DNA of 63,687 bases, the filler included, from Octopus bimaculoides (lineage: Eukaryota): assembly GCF_001194135.2 (NCBI RefSeq). It is 7 parts of 6 records of this genome, joined end to end, with 100 filler letters (N's around TTAATTAATTAA, not from the genome) between each part and the next. Parts side by side here need not be neighbours in the genome. Positions count along the whole stretch, not along the records: positions 8,682 to 34,363 come from NC_068981.1; positions 34,464 to 42,887 come from NC_068991.1; 5 more parts are not named here. One strand, written 5' to 3'. Position 1 is the stretch's first letter; every line of letters starts with the position of its first letter. The position numbers and the translations under genes are program-made. Positions 26,391 through 39,019 of this stretch are shown here, piece by piece. The notes beneath the pieces are model-generated. The model had not been told where the DNA came from. It did not search any database and was given only the letters and a program-made list of their open reading frames with translations.

Positions 26391-26689
26391 TTGAATTGTC
26401 AACATCTTCGACGGTGATATTTGGGTATGGTCACAATTCCGTAACTTGACCCTTTGTATTTGATCTTCTATTAAGTGCTTCGTTATTCTTTCGGAGCAAT
26501 TATGAGGAAAGATGACTTAAATGTCTGCAGGAATGGTTGTGTAGGTAAGATGGTTGTCTTGTAACTGAGTACCTTTGAATTCGATCCCATATGCAGCATG
26601 GTGATGTGTCTACCTTGGGAAAGCATCTTGTTTCAATGAAATATTGGTTTTTATATATGGTTATCTATCTATCTATTCAAGTTAGATAG

Positions 26690-26698
26690 ATAGATAGG

Positions 26699-26788
<90 letters not shown>

Positions 26789-26988
26789 GATAGAATAATA
26801 GATATTCATTCGGATGACAGACGGACACAAGTACACCCACACACAGTTGATAGAAAATTCGGTACGTAGATTGATAGACATATAGGCACTAACATGCGTA
26901 CATATAATGTGCAGCAATATTCAAGCGCTGTCACCGTATCACATAAATAGGAATTTATTTGTTAATGGACACAAACATTTCTGCTCGA

Positions 26989-27053
<65 letters not shown>

Positions 27054-27350
27054 GTATTTATATATGTATATATTAGTTATATTTATTGTTGGGCCGACTG
27101 AGCAAAACTCTAACACCATAAAGAATGAAACGGTATTGAAGAATAACATTTCATTGTTCCTTCTTGATTCAACTGAGTTCCTCAAGGTATTCGTAACGGA
27201 ATATACGTAAACACACGCACACACACTCACAAAAACGCACACATTATCACACAATCACATATTCCCGGTTCTGTCAAGTATATCATATATATGGCATTGC
27301 TCACTTGCAACTTTCCGCCACTTAATCTCTCTATCTATCTATCTACTTGC

Positions 27351-27417
<67 letters not shown>

Positions 27418-27778
27418 CCTAACTACCCATTTATCTATCTAATGCTCCATTGGTCTAGCCTCTTCTGAATTACTCTCACGCAAGTATTATCTTGTTCTTA
27501 CACATTTTCACTTTCACTTTCTCTAACCTCATCTATCTCTTCACATATCTTTTCTCTCTCTGACACGTACACTAGTTTGCACTATTTATCTATGTATTGT
27601 ACTATTTATGCATGCATAGATCGATTTATTGATCTATCTATTCTCCCACACACTCAATTTATCTTCTTATCAATCTTAATATCTATGAATGCATGTTTTA
27701 CCTTTATATGTCTCCACCCATCTACGTATCTCCTTCGCTTTCTCTCTCATGCACTTTCTCTCTCTCTCTTTCTTCCTC

Positions 27779-27830
<52 letters not shown>

Positions 27831-28383
27831 GTATACTACGAATGTGTACATACATACATAGAAACATACAAATATATACATATATTTATATATATGTGTA
27901 CGTACATATATGCCTATACACTTCTATATATACGTATATTATATAATATCAGCATACAATAAACATGTATATATATATATGTAGAGAGAGAGAGAGAGAG
28001 AGAAAGAATGAGAGAGAGAAAGAGAGAGAAGGAGAGAGAGGAGAGAGCGAAAGAAACAGAAGGAGAGAGAGAAAGAGAGAGGGAGAGAGAACGAGAGAGA
28101 CAGTCATACATATACATATGCATTCAGAAACGCAACCATTCATAAAAATATAATTATCCACGCAGTGATATCTGATTTAAAATTTTCGAAGCAATAATTG
28201 TTTAAAGGTTTGTTCATTGTTTAGAGCATCAATAGATGTATTTTAAAATTAGGTGTTACTTTTGAGACACACTGTATGTGAATAAATTTGCATATATTTT
28301 CTATGAATTACTTAAGCTTCCATTTCTCTGTCTGTCTGTCTTTCTATCTAGCTATCTGTCTGTCTGTTTGTCTGTTTATCATT

Positions 28384-28465
<82 letters not shown>

Positions 28466-28483
28466 GTATGTATGTATGTATGC

Positions 28484-28544
<61 letters not shown>

Positions 28545-28712
28545 CATATAAATACATACATATATATAAACGCACGCACGCACACACACACATCCACACA
28601 CCCACAAGTGCATACATGTATGTATGCCTATATTACTCTTGACTATATATGTGTGTGTGTGCGTCTGTGTGTGTATGTATCTGTGCATGTGTGTCTATTC
28701 ATTTGTGTGTGT

Positions 28713-28753
<41 letters not shown>

Positions 28754-28999
28754 CGCGCGTGTATGTGTGTATTTCCTTTCTCCACTAATTCATTGCTGGG
28801 CAACGCTAGTTTTACGAGTTGGCAAGTCTTGTTTATGTGTTTCTTTTCAATAACCAAGAGACTTGTCAATTTTTAGAATATCGCCTGTTCATATTCACAC
28901 TGGCTACTTCTCTTCTCTAATGTAATGCGCCGTTTGCCAACTCGTGTTAAACCCATGGATCTTGCCAAATGAGAGGAGATAGATAGATAGATAGATATT

Positions 29000-29045
<46 letters not shown>
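26690..29045. repeat. Dense microsatellite cluster: (GATA)n, (GT)n, (TATC)n, (CT)n, (GA)n, (TA)n, (CG)n
   Basis: Directly visible arrays. Confidence 0.95.
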
Positions 29046-29046
<1 letters not shown>

Positions 29047-29349
29047 AATAAGAATAAGGGAGACAAGTACAGCATGAAAGACTGAAAAAATAGAGGAATG
29101 GGAAAAAAATGAGAGAGAAGAAAGCAGAAATATTCCAAGCAAATTGCCAATCTGCATGCAAGACGTAATGGCGTCTCCAAGGAGGATATCGTTGGATTGT
29201 GTATTTTAAATATGGATGATTGAGTAACTAGATATGCAATGATCCTAGTCAACCCAGTTGCGTAAAAATACTAGGCCTGTTTTGTGTAGATATATGAGTT
29301 TCAGAATATACTGTAGACGGACGTGTTTAGCTTCTGACGTCAACACTTT

Positions 29350-29570
29350 TATTCTTTTACGTGTTTCAGCCATAGGACTGCCGTAATACTGGAGCAACAT
29401 ATTGTAGCATGGGTCGAACAAACTGACTTTAATATTTATTGTAAGTTTGCTACTGATGGTATCAGTTTCTTTTGTTGAATCGCTAAGTTACGGGAACGTA
29501 AACAAGCCAATACCGGTTGTCAAGTAGCGGCGTGGGGGTGGGGACAAAAAAGAGTCACACGCACACATTT
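29350..29570 (-). mobile_element. CORE-type SINE 3' tail
   Basis: Reverse complement of the tail at 8335 and 54825. Confidence 0.6.
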
Positions 29571-29676
29571 ATCTATCTGTCTATCTATATACATACACAC
29601 AAGTATGTGTGCGTGCGTGCGTGTATGTATGTATGTATGTACGTATGTATCGGGTGTTATCGTACTGCAGGTCAAC

Positions 29677-29721
29677 TGTCACTGACGAACCCATAGCAGG
29701 CTGAAACCGCGTGCTCTGGCA
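29677..29721 (+). ncRNA. Degenerate minimal type I hammerhead-like motif
   Basis: UGUCA CUGACGA ACCC AUAGCA GGCU GAAA CCGCGUGCUC UGGCA: 5-bp stem I and intact boxes; mismatches in stems II and III. Confidence 0.45.
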
Positions 29722-30743
29722 AACGTACGAATGTCCAGGAATTCTTTTAATAAGTGAAATTGGTATATCTAATTGTGTTACACCGCTATATTTCGTGGCT
29801 ATTTAAACAATGTGTTTGTGGATGGTTAATGGGTTGGATGTGGTGCTGCAGAGTGAGCATGAACTCCTGAAATATGATATACATCCATTACCTACTTTTC
29901 TCTTTTCGATCGCATTGTTTACATGCACGTATTCGTATAAGAAACGTCGTAAGTTTCAGTGGTGTTGATAGTTTTCTATTGAAGACCTGTAGAGATTACT
30001 TTAGAAAGCATTTGGTATAAATACTGCTTCTGTCGCTATGAGTTAATTATTTTTTAATAATCCCACTGGCTATAGAATACCCTCTGTCAGTCTATATATC
30101 ACTGACGGGAGATTCGGCTGATATTGCGCTCCTCAAGATTTATTACTCAGGAAACGTGATCTGGCAGTTCGGCTGCCGAAGCAGATAATTCTTGCCTGTC
30201 AATGATATAATATCGAGGGCTTATATGTTCCACGAGTCTTATAAGAGTTTCTTTCAAGGTAAATAACGCCGTATTGTGAGTTCTAATAGAACTTCTATGG
30301 TAAGTTAGTGATCATAATTACCTTTTGGTAGTAATACTGCTTCTATTGCTATTAATATCATACACGAACACGCACATAGCCACCCGCACACACACACACA
30401 TACGTATATAATATATAATTATATATATATGTATATATATATTTAATTATATGTATTTATTTTCCCCTATTAAAAATAATTCGGATAAAATAAATGGGTT
30501 AATAGATACCAGGGTAGCAAAGGTCACAAAATAACTGTGGTGTAACTCCTGTTTGTGAGGCAGAAACTCCTTGATATTTTGGGTATTTGAGTATATATAA
30601 AAATTTAAAGAATGGAGTAAACGCATATTATAACTGCATACTTTTATTCCGACATATGTTTCGAAGAATTACAATTTATGCGATATNNNNNNNNNNNNNN
30701 NNNNNNNNNNNNNNNNNNNNNNNNNNNNNNNNNNNNNNNNNNN

Positions 30744-30780
<37 letters not shown>

Positions 30781-31384
30781 TTTACTATTATTTGCGGTTT
30801 ATTGAATAGAATTATCTCTTCTTTTAAGGGTGATGAACTGATCGCTGTGGGTATATTGCACCATCTTCAAATGAGAAGAGATTCTCCAATATTGTTATGT
30901 CGTTTAGGAAAAAGACAGTCTGATTGTCTGGAGTTAAAAGGACAGTTCTGGATACAAGTTTTTGTTGCCATACCTTATCTCCAATAGCAGGGACACTTAG
31001 ACAAATTCAAGGGTAGAACACATGTGTGGCCAAGGTAATATGCATAATGGTCAAGGTAATATGAAACTATAATGAAAATAACTTATTTTGGTCAAAACTG
31101 TGTTCTACTTATTTGGTTGATTTTGCTGGAATTCAGATAGAACTGTTATTGTACTGATGTCAATTGAGGCAGAAACAAGTGCCCACTTGTCTCTATGCTT
31201 ATAGACTGATCTGGAAGCGGAGGTAATTTCAATAAAACAATAATCTCTCTTGTGTTTTATTTGAAAAAACTCTTATTTATCTTTGTATACTAAATAAATG
31301 AACAAACAGGATTAACTCAAATAGAGCAGTCTGAGATAAACAAGGCGAATTTTAGCCATTTCTCCACAGACTGAAAAAATGATG

Positions 31385-31434
31385 AACAACCTTAATCAAT
31401 TTTCGAACCTTATCGGGTTCTCATCAGAGGCGTC
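31385..31434 (-). ncRNA. Minimal type I hammerhead ribozyme-like motif
   Basis: GACGCCU CUGAUGA GAACC CGAUAA GGUUC GAAA A UUGA U UA AGGUUGUU: perfect 5-bp stem II, UUA site, bulged stem I. Confidence 0.65.
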
Positions 31435-31689
31435 TACATCATTCTGACATTCTCCAGAGAAACGAGCAGCCAAACTGTTTATATACTCAACAAATGCAGC
31501 AGTATGAAGGAGTCCCTAATTTACATACCAGCGGCTTGCTAACGTGGATCTTAGGTATGATAGCAGTTACTCTATGTAGGAGTCTCTAATTTGCAAACAA
31601 AAATGTTTAACACTCTATAAATACCAGCGGCCTGTCAACGGGGATCTTAGTCCACACAGTATCAAAGTATGATGTATTACATATGTAAC

Positions 31690-31751
<62 letters not shown>

Positions 31752-33249
31752 ATATAGAGAAATAGGCAGAGAAATGCTCATGTACGCATGCCGTTACACA
31801 CACACACGCACACACACACGCACACACACACACACACACATACATGCTCCATACACAGGTACAGATTTATATCGCGTGAAAGAGGGGGAAGCTTATGTAA
31901 TACACACAATCTCTTCATATTTCGGCAGATATCTATGAGACTCAACGTAGGATGCGGCAATAACCTGGAACAACCAAATTAACGAATCAATCTTCGATAG
32001 CTTTATAATATATGTTAATAAATTTATTCACACTCACACACATAGTTTCTTCGTTCACACAAAGATAAACTTACACACACCCACACATTCAAACACACAC
32101 ACCACACATACACTGTTAAATTTACACACACATGTACGAGTATTTATGCATTTATACTGCAATTCGTTTATAATTAAATTGCTTTGCTGTTTACTCGCTG
32201 TTGTTGAAACCCAGGTCAGCCCTGATCAAGCATACTTATAATGAGATATATACCAGCCATCACTTTCTCAGATTTTCATATATCGGTAACTATACTGTCC
32301 AGTGCCTTTCTTTCTTTGTAGGGTTGCAATTTGAAGATTTCATTACTATTTCTAGCAGATTAAGCGATCGCATAGACCTTGTCAGATGTAATTAAATGGA
32401 GAACAGAATAAATGATTAATAGTTTTACACATGAGCGATTTTTGTGGTGAGGAGATAAGACTTATGGGAGAACTATCAATTCTAAATGGAATTCCTGGTG
32501 TGGATTAGATTCAAGAGGAAATTTTCGGCTTTCAAATCCTTACGTCACTTGTCAAGGCAATAAGTACCACATTGCTTATGTATATAGTTCTCATACAGAT
32601 TTTATTTCAAATAATATATTTCTGACTGAATTAATTATACGGTTTAGCTTGATCCTTGCTATGAGTTCGAAGCCCACTGCACCACCGTTCTGTGGTTAAT
32701 AAAACGACTAGAAGATCAATTCATCGATATACTTCAGACGATATTAGTTTATATGTTAATATGTTTATATATCTGACTATATCTTACTATTCTTCTCTTT
32801 CTCTCTCTCTCTCTCTTTCTGTCTAACTTTATAGAAAGACAGATGAGTACGTACAGAGATACATATGACGGTAAAATACGTACATGCATACAAAGCCTCA
32901 TCGTTAGACATGCGTAAACTGAAGAGATGCTCATATAACATATCAAACAGCGTGACTGACCTATTCTTCAAGATCCGTTATTGCACCAGTAGATCAAGCA
33001 AGAGACTCCACATACAAATCTGACATATTACAGTTGTTACGAATACAATTCATCATATACTACTACTACTACTACTACTACTACAACTGCCGTCGTCACT
33101 TGCAGACGAATATGACTTTGCAGTATGTACAATGTTTTCGCTAATTGTTGTAAGTGCCACATGTAATCGCAAGCGGACTTTGACACAGTTTCGGTCTTAC
33201 CATCCAACAGAATCTGTAGAACGTTCAACTAGAAAGAAAGAAGCTTGCA

Positions 33250-33410
33250 CCAGCCCTCAGTTGGTACTCATTTTCAGCTGAATACATTGGAGGAACATAA
33301 AATGAAGTATCACGCTAAAAAGACAGAATGCGCTGTTCCATCCAGAAATCAAACCCACAACTCTATTATCCAAAATCCACCACCTTAACCACTAGACTGC
33401 GTGCTCTCAT
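33250..33410 (-). mobile_element. tRNA-derived SINE, decayed
   Basis: Minus strand reads GCAGTCTAGTGGTTAAGG...GGTTTGATTTCTGG...TTCAGCTGAAAATGAGTACC. Confidence 0.55.
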
Positions 33411-33540
33411 ATAAAAGGTTACCTTATTGCATCATCATTCTCTTGTCAATTGCATAATTTTGTTTATCCACCAATATTCACATTGTCAAACATAAATTAA
33501 ATGTAGTGACACAAGAATAATTAACTTATTCAAACTGCAA

Positions 33541-33710
33541 AAGCGGCGAGCGGGCAGAATCGTTAGCACGCCGGATAAATTGATTCGCAGCATATCTAAG
33601 TTTAAATGTCATTGTGGTCAACCTTGCTTTTCATCCAATCGAGACACAGCACTTGGGTCGATGAAACCCACTTCCAAACTTTCGGGCCTAGTGCCTGTAG
33701 TTGAAAGAAT
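33541..33710 (+). mobile_element. Deu/Nin-like SINE, internally deleted
   Basis: GCGGCGAGCGGGCAGAATCGTTAGCACGCCGG...GGGCCTAGTGCCTGTAGTTGAAAG. Confidence 0.7.
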
Positions 33711-35990
33711 GAATTCAATTTGCTGAGAGAAGAAACGGCTCTTAGATTAATGATGAATTCGGCTCAAGAAATGCAGGGGAGATAATCTGAAAATTTAAAT
33801 TAATAAAAATGAAAACAAGAAATAGAATCCGATGAGGAGTGAATTTGATCTTTGTGACGACTAGCAACGTTTCGTTTTAATAGATGCTCTCAATGAAGTA
33901 TAGTCTTACCAGCACTCTCACACCTTAAATTGCCTAGAGACCAACCCTCCCTATGAGTGCTATAATCGCGGAGAAAGAAAGCAGGCTCACCCCAATTTTA
34001 CACAGATGTAGCGCATCAGAGATTGAGCTATCCATATCACACAGTGAGAGAAAATACTGGAAATCAAAAAATACCCAACACCTGCTACCAATCCCAAGCC
34101 CCAGAACAAAAAACTACTTCCTACGTATGCTTCTTGAAATTACTGCTTTCAGCAACAATAAAACCACTGTTATCTATCCGCAACGACATCTTCAAGAAAA
34201 GGTTTTGTATACAACTGCCCAACACACAATTTTATAGAATCGACTATTAAACAAATGTCTCTGACGACAGAAACATGGATTTGAACCTGCGTACTAATGT
34301 AATATATCAAATTCAGTGCATCAGTTATTACAACTATTTGGATATGCAATGGCAGCGTTTTTTNNNNNNNNNNNNNNNNNNNNNNNNNNNNNNNNNNNNN
34401 NNNNNNNTTAATTAATTAANNNNNNNNNNNNNNNNNNNNNNNNNNNNNNNNNNNNNNNNNNNNTATACACATATATAGTTGATATGGGTTGGTCAATATT
34501 GAAATTTAAACTAGTGAACAAATATATGTCAACTTTACTTTCAATTGTTCCTTAATTTTTTCTTTTTTTTTTTACCAAAATCAGTTCTCTTTAGAAATCC
34601 CTAAACATTTCAAAACAACTGAAATGTCGATAGATACATATGCATTCAGCCCATCTGCCTTCATTTCTCATTACTTGTACTATTATAAACACTGAGATTT
34701 AAACTCCAGTTTTAGATCCTGCTGCAAACAGTTAATTGTTGACGTCAGTTACCTAGATTGGAAACATTGTATAAGTAGGAGTATTGAGAGGTGACACATC
34801 ATAGTCATGGGAATAGAAGAATGAGTCAAGTGTACTGACTGGACCAAGGTGGACTTTGATGGTATCGCAGCCTTGGATAGAGAAACAAAAACTGTTTTTC
34901 AAAGAGAGACAGTCACAGCATGCTGTAGCACTTCGTTGTTTGTAATAGTGTTAATGTGTTCATTAGAGAAGGTGTGATTATTAGTCAGGTGTTAAGGAAG
35001 GTGGAGTGTGGTCAAAAATTACATTCAATCATGATGTTATCAGCAGCTGAGAGATAATAAATACCTTCTGTGATACTTACTGCCTGACCTCTGACTCCCT
35101 ATTCAAGCTTGTGTGTGAGAAAGTGAGCGCGTTTGTGTGTGTGTACGTGGGGAGAGAGGCATGTGCGTGTGTGTGTGTGTGTGTGTGCGTGAGTATGTGT
35201 ACAAATGTGTATGCATATGTGGGTGTGTATGTATGTGTACATGTGTGTGAATGCTCATGTATGCATGTCAGGGTATGTATGAGTGTGTCTCTATGTGAGA
35301 GCGTGCATGTATGTGTGTGTATCTGTCTGTGTCGCTTTATACCTATGTATATATGGGTGTATGCCCAGATATACACATGCATATATATGCATGTGTGTGT
35401 GTGTATAAGTATTAATACTCATGTATGTAGGCACTTAATTCCACAGCTTGCAATATCAATTTTTTAAGAGTCTCTGATTCTGCATTTACAGTAGAGGCCT
35501 GTCGAGATTTTGTTAATTTCCTAGACATTTACTCTAAGGTTAAATTATTTTACATATACTGATTGCAAAATTAAAAGAATAAAAAGCTACATTACATCCA
35601 GAAATCCTTCAATCAAAAAGAATAATTAATTGCTTTGTAAGAACGACCGTGCGAACCAAAAGAAGAAATGGTGACGAATGGAAAACAGGCTCCTTTTAAT
35701 GTGTTGCATGGTCGACACAAAATATAAAATATGTTATAATACTATAACATAGAGAACTAAGAAGTTTGCCAGGAAGGACAAGATAGGAACGCAACCGATA
35801 AAGATGAATAACAGTAAGATTTATTGGAGCATTAAATTGTATGTCTGTGTGTGAGTGAATGCAACATAATAAAACACGATATAAGACAGGCCGTCATGTA
35901 AACAGAAGAGTGTGTATACAAATGTATGTATGTGTATGTAAGAGTTACAGAGTATAGATAAGAGTCAGTAACACGGATAAGGAAATATAC

Positions 35991-36295
35991 CAGTTCTGTT
36001 AAGGTACACAGTAGTATTGCTAATCTGTATGNNNNNNNNNNNNNNNNNNNNNNNNNNNNNNNNNNNNNNNNNNNNNNNNNNNNNNNNNNNNNNGTTAATT
36101 TCGTGGTGAACAATTCACACAAACAGGGTCGAGAAGCTGCAGTGGCTGTTTGGTAGCTTGTGTACGTAGAGTCGTGTTGACGCTGGGGAAGTTGAACGAT
36201 GCTGGTGATGTCGTCGCTGGAACTGGCTGGTTGGTTGGTGCTGTGTTGTGTGTGTGGTCCATGACCAGATCTGTGAGGATCTGAGCCGCGACGAA
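35991..36295 (-). other. Candidate first exon of a minus-strand transcript (contains a 62-N gap)
   Basis: Complex CpG-containing sequence just downstream of TATAAATA; ends ACTG|GTATAT at 35991/35990. Coding status is unresolved. Confidence 0.35.
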
Positions 36296-36460
36296 TTGCC
36301 GCGGATAATTTAGGCTATTTATAGGAAAATAGGGGCTCCAGAGAGCATTAGAAAAACACTCTATCACGTGACCTTATTAGTGGCTACGGTTGGTCGGTTT
36401 GCGTCCTGGCGCGAACAGGAGTGGAGACAGTTGCCGCTCAAATAATAGTCAGTCAGGTAA
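36296..36460. promoter_or_regulatory. Candidate promoter, possibly bidirectional
   Basis: TATAAATA on minus (36316-36323), TCACGTGA E-box (36364-36371), local CpG enrichment, plus-strand donor CAG|GTAATG at 36456/36457. Confidence 0.45.
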
Positions 36461-36555
36461 TGACAGGGAAAGAGTTGTTTTCTGCTACGCTCACATTTGT
36501 TTATATATAAACGTGAGAGAGGTAGTTTCACTACAGCTTAGTTAAGAATATTTCT

Positions 36556-36750
36556 TTAACCTGTTAGCATTTAAACCAGCCATAGCCAGCCCAAATATTC
36601 TACCTGTTTAATATTCAGAGCAGACAGATCTGGCTTCTCACAAATACTCAACAATGACATTCTAAAAATAAACAATCACATCACTAAAATCTTGAAGCTA
36701 TAAGATGATGAATGATAAATTTAAAATAGTGTGAATAAATAAGTTTGATA
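36556..36750. mobile_element. piggyBac-like MITE remnant
   Basis: Starts TTAA-CCTGTTAGCATTT; right end not found. Confidence 0.4.
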
Positions 36751-38016
36751 TTGCTATTCTTTGTGAAAGACACAAAAATATTTCCTAAAAATATATAATG
36801 GACTAACAACATGATGTAATTACATAGTCTTCCAGCCTTTCTGAATCATTCTCACACACATAAATTGCCTAATAAACTTTCTAAGCCTGATAGCCAAATG
36901 TGATGAGCACTAACAGAACTTTTTTTGTTAGTTTCTGCTCAACACTCAGAGAGAGCATGCATGGATATACAGCTCACTCACTACAGTTGTTATTAATTCT
37001 GCAATTCATTGAACAAACTATCACAAAATACCATCTGCATATTTCATATCCAAAAGTTAGAAGACCTTTGACATTTCCCTATCCTATTTATTTTTTCCTG
37101 GATATTTTCCTGTGGATATTCCTCTAACTGAAATGAAGAAATATTTCAACAAGACAATGCAAAATTTGTGCAATGAAATGAGACAGTAGCAGAATAAAAA
37201 TTCATAAACACTTTTAATATTTGTATCTAATCTGTAATGTTTTCTTATGTGTAACACCATGTTTCCATACCATGTTACCACACCAAATAAATAATGCCTG
37301 TTTATTGCAAATAAAGTATGTTTACTCTCTTATTATTTTTTACTCCTTTTTCTGCTTTCTTTTAGTTATAATCAGAAAATATATGTATTAAAAAAAAAAT
37401 GTGATGTTTCATGATTACCTGAATGGGTTTTTATTGTGTATCATCTAATAACATACAATATTAAATAGAAGAATGTTTTCAGCAATAATAAACAACAGAA
37501 AGTGTACATTCTAAGTAAAAAAAGAATTCGATTCAAAATAAAACACATGCTGGGAAATAATTCATCTGGGAAGGGGTTAAAGCTATCCCAATATCTTCAA
37601 AAGAACAAGTTTTCAATGAAATCTCTGTACACTGCAATGAAGTCCTTAGAAGAAGAAGTTTTAATATGGAAGAAGTAAAATAGATCCCTAATTAAACCAG
37701 TCCCTTGAAAAGAAGTAAAAACAGAAAAGAACACATCTCTGGTACACTTCACCTTTCAATTTACACAGGGGCCTCAATTGCCTTAAAAATGTGAGGGGAA
37801 CAAACCAACATTTGTTGATTTTTAAAGGAGCATGTTAATATTGCTTATGGTGCCTTTCCCAGACCCTGTCAATAAGGAAAATTTTATGCTAATTAAATTT
37901 TATATACTCAAATGAAGTTCAGATATAAAAATAATAAGCTTCAAAAAATTTATATTAAATAAACAAAAAATAAAACAGATGTTTGAATAAAAAATATGAA
38001 GTAAATTTATTGTCTG

Positions 38017-38490
38017 TTAGAACTTTCCAAATGTATCATATCTTGCATCATAGCTATCAATGAATTAATTTAGCAACTTCTTCGCAACTAATCTTTTTCA
38101 AAACATCTCTACAAATGTGGCAAAGTAGAGTATGATTCAGCCTTTGCTGAGTCATGGTCGATTGCAGTCAAGTTTTGAGTGTCCACAGAGAGCTAAAAGA
38201 TATTTTAGCTTCACAGGAACTGGTTGGAAACACTAAAAGTAACCTGAGCAATTGCTCAACATTTGGAAACATGTGACGGACTTCTCATTGCATTTCACTG
38301 AATATTTTATGATGATTCTTGAGAGATGGTCCACTGTGGTGATTTCTATAAAAATGTATTTCATTCTTTAAAGAAAATTCATCAAGCTCTGGATACTGCA
38401 TGATCACTTCAGCACAAAAATTTCCATTGAGTAAAATATTGCTCAGTTTTCCATAAGCTGCTAAATTCTGTGATAAAAAAATAATCTTTC
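38017..38490 (-). mobile_element. hAT transposase pseudogene, C-terminal dimerisation region
   Basis: MFPNVEQLLRLLLVFPTSSCEAKISFSSLWTLKT*LQSTMTQQRLNH..ARYDTFGKF*. Confidence 0.85.
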
Positions 38491-38503
38491 AAATTTGCTA
38501 TTG

Positions 38504-38600
38504 CAGTCAGAGGAACAGGGGGTGCAGGGGGGTGCACTTGCACCCCACCCCAAAAAATTTTGTGGGGAGTGCAAAATTCAATATTGCACCCCCTACATAC
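38504..38600. mobile_element. Probable hAT terminal/subterminal segment
   Basis: CAGTCAGAGGAACAGGGGGTGCAGGGGGTGCACTTGCACCCC with repeated GCACCCC motifs, next to the transposase relic. Confidence 0.4.
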
Positions 38601-39019
38601 CTTTCTCAGGCTTAGAAAATATTGTTTAAAAATTGATGTGTAAGAAGTTGAAGTTAGGTTTCTTCACAAAATAAGAACTAAAATAAATAAAAAGAAAATC
38701 TCCCCCAAATCCCTAGAAAGATATATTACTGAACTAAAGTATCCACTACATAAAAATTAAAATTATAAATATATTTNNNNNNNNNNNNNNNNNNNNNNNN
38801 NNNNNNNNNNNNNNNNNNNNNNNNNNNNNNNNNNNNNNNNNNNNNNNNNNNNNNNNNNNNNNNNNNNNNNNNNNNNNNNNNNNNNNNNNNNNNNNNNNNN
38901 NNNNNNNNNNNNNNNNNNNNNNNNNNNNNNNNNNNNNNNNNNNNNNNNNNNNNNNNNNNNNNNTATATATATATATATATATATATATGCAACAACAGCC
39001 ACACCCACTCTGCTGAACA

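Noticed and set aside
33182-33935. Minus-strand micro-exons (13 nt at ~33200; 24 nt GNLRCESA at ~33910)
   Set aside because: Acceptors are weak or repeat-derived; such matches are expected by chance.
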